Made by a program: the position numbers and the translations under genes
DNA from: an uncultured Nitrososphaerota archaeon
GTDB taxonomy: Archaea; Asgardarchaeota; Njordarchaeia; Njordarchaeales; Panguiarchaeaceae
NCBI GenBank assembly: GCA_964636085.1
Contig: CAZWPQ010000001.1
Span: 1-32,639, forward strand
Reading direction: 5' to 3'
Length of the DNA stretch: 32,639 nucleotides
Notes under the pieces: model-generated
The model's input: only the letters and a program-made list of their open reading frames with translations
Databases searched by the model: none
Told to the model about the DNA's origin: nothing
Part shown: positions 26,739 to 32,639 of the stretch, piece after piece
Numbering within the stretch: the stretch's first letter is position 1
Layout of the letters: each line of letters opens with the position of its first letter

Positions 26739-27629
26739 TTAGAATTCCACAATTTCAATCAAATCTCTTTTTTTAAGTTCTCTCAGCATATCAAATAAAC
26801 CATCTATATCCATTTCTGGATTTCTTCGTATAAGATTCGCAAGGGTTATTCCTCTTTCGCTCATTATTTGGGGATCTCTTATTATTGCATCAAATACATC
26901 TGCCAAATTTGGCCATAGTGCTATTATTGATGCCTTAGCGAACCTAATAGCATTCGTCCCTTTCTTAGCCCTAATCTGAACACTATCTGCCCTGATTAGA
27001 AACCTAACCCTCTTTTGTATATCCTCTGACCTTAACTCTTCAGGGGTTTTCTTCGAGGCATAATTTAGGGCTATGTGTAGTGAATATGGATCTTGCTTAT
27101 AGTCCTTTAGACATTCAAAGCAGGAGTCTATTTGCTTTGGGGATATCCTAGAAAAAATTACTATAAGGCCATCTCTAGCTATTATGTGGTAGCTTCTACC
27201 AGAGATCCCAATTCTCCTAGCTATCCCCTTGACCGCTGTGCCATATGCATCAAGATAATTCATTATTTTTATGATGTCTTTTCCGCTTATATTGGCTAAT
27301 CTTGCATCTATTATTTTCTGTTTCTCATCTATAAATATAAATTCGACATTACTCTTTACCTTTGGGATTGTTATGACCCTATAGTCCCTGAAATAGGATC
27401 TCACATCGGAGGGTATTTCTTCCGATGGTACTACGTATGCCCCTCTGATGAAACCGGATGGATCAAAATTAATGATTAGACTATGATCACCGTGAATAAA
27501 ACCAACTCGAGCTATTCCTATTTGCCTTATTTCTTTCAGGTCCTCTTCAGATATTGTATATTTTTCCACTCTCCCACATTTAGGGCATTTTATTGTTATC
27601 ACTTTTGACTTTAGGTGTCCCTCAAGCAA
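26739..27629 (-). CDS. Hypothetical protein with CPKC...HGDH putative Zn site and C-terminal winged helix
   Basis: N-terminal IKCPKC..HGDHSLIINFDPSGFIRG; C-terminal ITLANLIRR...LFDMLRELKKRDLIEI wHTH-like. Confidence 0.75.
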   Translation of the reverse strand: MLEGHLKSKVITIKCPKCGRVEKYTISEEDLKEIRQIGIARVGFIHGDHSLIINFDPSGFIRGAYVVPSEEIPSDVRSYFRDYRVITIPKVKSNVEFIFIDEKQKIIDARLANISGKDIIKIMNYLDAYGTAVKGIARRIGISGRSYHIIARDGLIVIFSRISPKQIDSCFECLKDYKQDPYSLHIALNYASKKTPEELRSEDIQKRVRFLIRADSVQIRAKKGTNAIRFAKASIIALWPNLADVFDAIIRDPQIMSERGITLANLIRRNPEMDIDGLFDMLRELKKRDLIEIVEF

Positions 27630-27645
27630 GAATCTGCACCCTATC

Positions 27646-29145
27646 TTATTTCTTAAACTGACTTATAAATTTATATAATTTGGCCACCAAGTTACCAACC
27701 TCAACCCTGACTTGGTTTCTTGTATCTCTAAACCTAATTGTGACTGTATTACTTTTTAGTGTCTCGTGGTCTATCGTGACTGCGAATGGTACGCCTATTT
27801 CGTCTGCTTTTGCATAGCATCTACCTATTTTCCCAGATGTGTCCAAGTATGTGGAGAACCCATTATTCTTCAATAGTCTATTTATCTCTTGTGCCTTCTT
27901 TATGAATTGCTCCCTCTTGAGCAGAGGGAAAACTGCAACATCATACGGCGCAACTTGGGGATTTAGTCTTAGTACTATTTTTCCATCAATTATTGAATAT
28001 GCATCCGTTATTAAAGCCAGAAATATCCTCTCTATACCGAACGATGGCTCTATACAGTAGGGGTATATTTTCCTGCCATCCTCAACTATGTATAGTTTTT
28101 CATTGCTATATTTTGCATGTCGCTTAAGATCATAGTCTGTTCTGTTCGCAATACCAACTATCTCCTTCCAACCCAAATAGGGAAAATAATACTCAATATC
28201 AAAGGTCTGTACAGCATAATGTGCTAGCTCCGTTTCTAGATGCTCCCTCAACCTCAAATTATTTATGTTTATACCTAAATTGACTAACCATTCTATCGCC
28301 TTTCCACACCAATATGCATGCCACTTATTGGAGAATATTCCTCTACTGTAGGCTTCCCCTAAAGACATTTTCTTTGCCTCGGCCTTGTTTTTTTGCATAG
28401 TCTTAGTTAATATTTTTATCTCTATCTTCTCCACTTCGCCAAAGTATGCACAGTCATCCTGCTTTTCTGGGTCGATAAAGTATTCTATTTCTGCTATTTC
28501 AAATTCTCTGCACCTAAAAATAAATGTCCTTGGAGATATTTCATTCCTGAATACTTTGCCCATTCCACCAATACCAAAGGGCAACTTCGCCCCCATAGCT
28601 ATTGCTATTAATTTGAAATTGATAAACATCCCTTGCGCTATCTCTGGCCGCAGATACGAAGGATATCTCTTTTCTTTAACTGGGCCCACCTGCGCCTCGA
28701 TCATCAAATTAAACCTTTTGGGCTCACCGAGCTCTCCGCCACACTTTGGGCATTTTACCCCGTATTTATTAATAGCATTGGCTATCCCCTCTAGCGATAA
28801 ATCTGTTAATTCTATGTTTTGTTGTTCTAGTAGTGTCTCGGCTTTATAACGCGTCTTACATTTCTTGCACTCTACTAGTATGTCTATGAATTCATCAACA
28901 TGTCCAGAAGCCTCCCACACTCTTGGGGTCGTTATTATAGATGGCAATATCCCATATACGTCATCTCGTTTTATTACAAAGAACTCCCACCAGCTGTTAA
29001 TTATTCTTCTCCTTATTTCTGCCCCGATTGGGCCATAGTCGAAGAATCCTGCCGAACCACCATATATGTCTCCTGATTGGAATATTATGGCTCTTCTTTT
29101 GCACAAGTTGACTATGTCCTCTATTTTTACGGCCATCGTGACCAT
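27646..29145 (-). CDS. glyS: Glycine--tRNA ligase (alpha2, archaeal/eukaryotic type)
   Basis: GFFDYGP, WEASGHV, LRPEIAQG, FRNEISPR, ELAHYA, IEPSFGIER, C-terminal anticodon-binding domain (ADEIGVPF). Confidence 0.97.
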   Translation of the reverse strand: MVTMAVKIEDIVNLCKRRAIIFQSGDIYGGSAGFFDYGPIGAEIRRRIINSWWEFFVIKRDDVYGILPSIITTPRVWEASGHVDEFIDILVECKKCKTRYKAETLLEQQNIELTDLSLEGIANAINKYGVKCPKCGGELGEPKRFNLMIEAQVGPVKEKRYPSYLRPEIAQGMFINFKLIAIAMGAKLPFGIGGMGKVFRNEISPRTFIFRCREFEIAEIEYFIDPEKQDDCAYFGEVEKIEIKILTKTMQKNKAEAKKMSLGEAYSRGIFSNKWHAYWCGKAIEWLVNLGININNLRLREHLETELAHYAVQTFDIEYYFPYLGWKEIVGIANRTDYDLKRHAKYSNEKLYIVEDGRKIYPYCIEPSFGIERIFLALITDAYSIIDGKIVLRLNPQVAPYDVAVFPLLKREQFIKKAQEINRLLKNNGFSTYLDTSGKIGRCYAKADEIGVPFAVTIDHETLKSNTVTIRFRDTRNQVRVEVGNLVAKLYKFISQFKK

Positions 29146-29231
29146 CTCCTTAGTTTGATATAACCAGTCTACTTAGTAAAAAAGTCATATAGCTAGAATA
29201 TCGCTACAAAAATGAAAAATAAATAGGTGGA

Positions 29232-29801
29232 TCATTTCTTCTTAAAGGATAATTCTAATATCCCATTCCTATAAGAGGCCTCAACCGCTTTAGGATCCAC
29301 CTTCACGGGTAGTTCTATTTCTTTATAATATTTCCTTCCTGCACCTTCTGCACGAATAACAACCCTATCTTCTGTAGCATCTACCTTAATGCTATCTTCA
29401 TCGACTCCTGGGAGGTCGACTATGACCTTTATATTGCCATCTTCCTCATAGACGGAGGCTAAGGGTTCGAATTCTTCTGTCCGTTCTATTTTACCCCTTT
29501 CTCTTTCGCTTGGCTTTACGTTACCGAATCTATATATTCGCGGCGGGCCTGTTGGTGGAATAACAATTGAGAATCCCCATGTGTATCTCTTAACCTTTGG
29601 TCTGCCTTCTGGAGACGGAGCTATATACCCTTCTTGGAACTTGCTTATATCCTCAAAGAATTCTCGGACCATTTTGTTGAATTCCTCGAATATATCTGGC
29701 ATTCTCATGGGCCTCTCAAAGAAGTCCTCAAATATGCGATTTATCAGTTCATCAAAATCCCTATATGTTCTTTTCTTCTTTTTGTCATCATCTCTTGGCA
29801 T
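29232..29801 (-). CDS. Archaeal small heat-shock protein Hsp20
   Basis: Phe-rich N-terminus, WGFSIVI..RFGNV, alpha-crystallin domain (DLPGV, ASYRNGILE). Confidence 0.93.
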   Translation of the reverse strand: MPRDDDKKKKRTYRDFDELINRIFEDFFERPMRMPDIFEEFNKMVREFFEDISKFQEGYIAPSPEGRPKVKRYTWGFSIVIPPTGPPRIYRFGNVKPSERERGKIERTEEFEPLASVYEEDGNIKVIVDLPGVDEDSIKVDATEDRVVIRAEGAGRKYYKEIELPVKVDPKAVEASYRNGILELSFKKK

Positions 29802-29892
29802 TCGAGTTCACCATGAATAGCAAAACATTTTTACACATTATATAATTATCCTATTTCGTATCTAATAGTATTTATTCAAGGAGGGCTCCGAC

Positions 29893-31047
29893 ATGAACAC
29901 CCAAGATGAATTAATATCAATTCTAAAGGCCAGAAAAAATCGCGCAGTTGAGATATTGGATAAATATGGAGATGCTTGGCTCATAGTAGCCGCTGGAAAA
30001 ATAGACTCTAATGTGGAGTATTTCTTGGGAACCTATACACATGGAATGGTGGCGATCCTCTTAGATAGAGAACAATTAGTTGTGTTAATCAATAGACTTG
30101 AGGAGAGTTTCGCTAGAGACAAGCAACATATCGATCAGATAGAGAAATATTATAGTTATCGTGAATTCAGAGAAAAACTTTTGGGACTCTTAAAGAAGTT
30201 TTCTGGTTGCAGGATTTTAGCAAATTTTTCATCGCTAGAAGTATGCCCGCAGGCTTCGCAGCTATCACACGCAATGTACAACGAACTGACGTACTTCGCA
30301 TATAAGTATGAGATAGATCTAAAGCCTTCTGGTAGATTTGTTTACCAGCTTCGCAAAAACAAGACAGAAGAGGAATTAAAAGCTCTAGAGAAATCCGTTG
30401 CGGAGACCATCAAAATTATTGATGATGTCTGCAATAGCGGAATCATTAGAAGCGGCACTTCAGAAAAAGAGATAGCATCCGAACTATACAAACTTAGCTA
30501 TCTATATGACGGCCCAGCATTCGACGTAATTGTTGCTTCAGGACCAAATACTTCTAACCCACATCACGTCGTCTCCAATCGAAAACTCAGAACCAATGAC
30601 ATTTTTTACATAGACTTTGGAATAAAATACCTAACAATGTCGGCAGATATAACCAGATTTTTTTACATTGGCACCATAGAAACCAGAGTTATGAACACAT
30701 ATAATGCCGTATATGACGCACAGAATGAGGCCATCAAACACATTAAGGCCGGAGTAAAATGCCACGAGCCAGACAGTATCGCACGAAAAACTCTGGAAAA
30801 ACACGGCTTTGACCCCAACCTATTCGTCCACAGCTTAGGCCATGCATTAGGCGTTGATGTGCACGATGTGGGGCCTAGACTTGGTAGAAATATCCAAGAT
30901 TCTATAGAGCCCAATACCGCGTATACAGTCGAACCCGCATTGTACTTCGAGAATGAATTTGGAGTCAGGATCGAGGATGATGTGATAATCTATAAAGACA
31001 CTACAAGAAGAATATCTAAGGCGCCAGAGGAGCCTCTAGGCCTCTAA
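29893..31047 (+). CDS. Xaa-Pro aminopeptidase / prolidase (M24B)
   Basis: PHH, IDFG, ADITR, HSLGHALGVDVHD, VEPALY, GVRIEDD. Confidence 0.95.
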   Translation: MNTQDELISILKARKNRAVEILDKYGDAWLIVAAGKIDSNVEYFLGTYTHGMVAILLDREQLVVLINRLEESFARDKQHIDQIEKYYSYREFREKLLGLLKKFSGCRILANFSSLEVCPQASQLSHAMYNELTYFAYKYEIDLKPSGRFVYQLRKNKTEEELKALEKSVAETIKIIDDVCNSGIIRSGTSEKEIASELYKLSYLYDGPAFDVIVASGPNTSNPHHVVSNRKLRTNDIFYIDFGIKYLTMSADITRFFYIGTIETRVMNTYNAVYDAQNEAIKHIKAGVKCHEPDSIARKTLEKHGFDPNLFVHSLGHALGVDVHDVGPRLGRNIQDSIEPNTAYTVEPALYFENEFGVRIEDDVIIYKDTTRRISKAPEEPLGL

Positions 31048-31094
31048 AAATCTTTTTCATTCATATTTTTGTTCGTCATATTAGGGGATGGAAA

Positions 31095-31445
31095 ATGGAG
31101 CCAATAATTAAGGATGTAAACAAAATAGAGCTGACCCCCGTGGAGATGAAGGGGGCTGAGAAAGCCTATATGGCGTGGTTGATAAGTGATAAGGATGCCC
31201 CCGTAACCTTTGCGATGAGAATATTTAAAATAGAACCAGGCGGCAAGATCCCACTACATACACATTGGTACTGCCATGAAATCTTTTGTCTTCAGGGGAG
31301 AGGAAAGGTAACTGTTGCAGGAAAGGAATATATAATGGAGAGGTGGAATGCTGTCTATGTACCTCCAGAGGTACCTCATTCATACGAAAATACGGGAGAT
31401 GAGGACTGGGTATTTCTTTGCATGATCCCACTTAAAAAGGACTAG
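31095..31445 (+). CDS. Cupin domain protein
   Basis: PLHTHWYCHEIF...GRG and VPPEVPHSYEN motifs. Confidence 0.92.
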   Translation: MEPIIKDVNKIELTPVEMKGAEKAYMAWLISDKDAPVTFAMRIFKIEPGGKIPLHTHWYCHEIFCLQGRGKVTVAGKEYIMERWNAVYVPPEVPHSYENTGDEDWVFLCMIPLKKD

Positions 31446-31948
31446 GACTCAACGGGCTGGAGGTTAATCCATAGTATACACTTTATTCCATATTTTTTGG
31501 CTCTACTCAGAACTCTCTCATCGTCGTCATGGATTTCCACAACCTTATCTTCCAAAATAAGCCTCCTGATTATTCGTTCTTTGAAGTCCGGTGCTTTTTC
31601 TCTAGTTCCTTTGCGACAAAATACATAGCTTATCTCTATCTCCGCATTCATTTCACTTAGCTTAACATAGATTTTTTCCATATGGTCTCTGACTATCTCG
31701 CAGGGGGATCCAGATATTATAGCTATTTTATGCTTTCTTGCTTTTTCCACTAGAAGCTTCAAACCAACCATATTGACTGTATCCATTCTTGATGCTAAAT
31801 CCTTGTCCAGAAAAATCTTCCAAAATCTCCCCCTAAGCGGATATGCTAGGCTTTCTATGTCTTTTGCCCCGACTTTTTGGAGCGCATATCTTAATCTCTT
31901 TGAGTTGTCGATAAGAACCCCTTCTAAGTCGAAAATAACTATTGTCAA
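31442..31948 (-). CDS. HAD superfamily hydrolase (motif I variant DLEG)
   Basis: IVIFDLEGVLID, ISG, KAPDFK, EIHDDD; likely TTG start at 31948. Confidence 0.8.
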   Translation of the reverse strand: MTIVIFDLEGVLIDNSKRLRYALQKVGAKDIESLAYPLRGRFWKIFLDKDLASRMDTVNMVGLKLLVEKARKHKIAIISGSPCEIVRDHMEKIYVKLSEMNAEIEISYVFCRKGTREKAPDFKERIIRRLILEDKVVEIHDDDERVLSRAKKYGIKCILWINLQPVES

Positions 31949-31980
31949 ACGGCTAACCCTTTCAAAAAAACAGAAAGGAT

Positions 31981-32639
31981 TCATCCAGTCAGCTTTTTAA
32001 GTTGTTGCTTGTACATCTCAAATACCTCCTGCGATGTTGTAGCGTCTGTCGGTGCTTTATCTGATCTCCAGTTTATAAACCTGGGAAACCTAATCGCCAG
32101 TCCCGCTTTTTTCTTGAACTCTTTCATAACCAAATCTCTGCCACATACGTGTACGGGGGATAATGTTATTTCTGCACCCAAGACCTCCATAACCAATTTT
32201 GGATATATCCATACATCTGGCTCCATTTCTGTCTCCACATTTGATGGTTTCTTGTCTTGAATATACGGCTTTAGTAATCTTGGAAGATCAGCTAGTTGGG
32301 TATCTGTGAAACCGCTTCCAACCTTGCATACACTCTCGAATACATCCCTCTCTGGATTATACGCCGCGACGAGAAGGGCACCATAGGTTCCTGATCTTCT
32401 ACCTCTCCCATGGAGAGCTCCTATAACCACTAAATCGACAGTATCCATCATTTCGCTCTTATAGTCTCGTTTGAACTTTATCCATTTCCATCCCCGAGCC
32501 CCAGCCTCGTATATTGCGTCTCCCGACGTTGATTTTACAACCAACCCCTCGCATCCATCTTCAACAGCCTTCATCATGAATTCCTCGAGTTCCTCAGGAG
32601 AATTAACAATTTTTGCTGTTGAGAGTGTTACCCTATCAG
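31981..32639 (-). CDS. lig: ATP-dependent DNA ligase (C-terminal part; runs off the window end)
   Basis: EGLVVK, YEAGARGWKWIKFKRDY, DTVDLVVIG, GRGRR, CKVGSGFTD, AIRFPRF; frame stays open to the window edge. Confidence 0.97.
   Translation of the reverse strand, partial: DRVTLSTAKIVNSPEELEEFMMKAVEDGCEGLVVKSTSGDAIYEAGARGWKWIKFKRDYKSEMMDTVDLVVIGALHGRGRRSGTYGALLVAAYNPERDVFESVCKVGSGFTDTQLADLPRLLKPYIQDKKPSNVETEMEPDVWIYPKLVMEVLGAEITLSPVHVCGRDLVMKEFKKKAGLAIRFPRFINWRSDKAPTDATTSQEVFEMYKQQLKKLTG

Noticed and set aside
479-32260. Numerous antisense or nested ORFs in the track (e.g. 479-727, 2316-2639, 4475-4921, 5488-5991, 9875-10309, 15606-16166, 28385-28849, 32009-32260)
   Set aside because: Shadow ORFs opposite well-supported genes, with Ser/Phe/Ile-rich composition typical of antisense frames
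1-32639. CRISPR array, integrase or prophage
   Set aside because: No regularly spaced repeats or mobile-element genes seen

Overview
Gene-dense, AT-rich archaeal chromosomal window made up mostly of housekeeping genes: archaeal type-II GAPDH, PGK, ribosomal protein eS25, aRF1, PheRS-alpha, GlyRS, MoaA, a MoaD/SAMP ubiquitin-like protein, PyrE/PyrF, SpeE, Hsp20, Xaa-Pro peptidase and the 3' end of an ATP-dependent DNA ligase. Starts are often TTG/GTG preceded by GGTGA-type Shine-Dalgarno motifs. Several proteins look eukaryote-like or resemble Asgard-type hypotheticals: a presenilin with YD..GPLR / GLGD / PALP motifs, a divergent HEAT-repeat plus longin-like gene pair, and two paralogous CPKC...HxDH zinc-binding proteins. 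This suggests a probably thermophilic Asgard or deep TACK-related archaeon (inference only). The most notable non-protein signal is a GC-rich two-hairpin element in the ~540-nt pyrF-DUF355 intergenic region (25851-26019). It lies just downstream of a TATA box, has an ANANNA/ACA box after hairpin 1 and no obvious K-turn, and is a candidate eukaryote-style H/ACA-like or novel structured RNA. Other points: an MNT nucleotidyltransferase gene broken by two +1 insertions in A-runs, an aRF1 with RIKS in place of NIKS, an AsnB-like enzyme lacking the catalytic Cys and apparently co-transcribed with a ubiquitin-like protein, and a nested inverted repeat upstream of an AbrB-PhoU regulator. I saw no CRISPR array, tRNA, rRNA or transposase.
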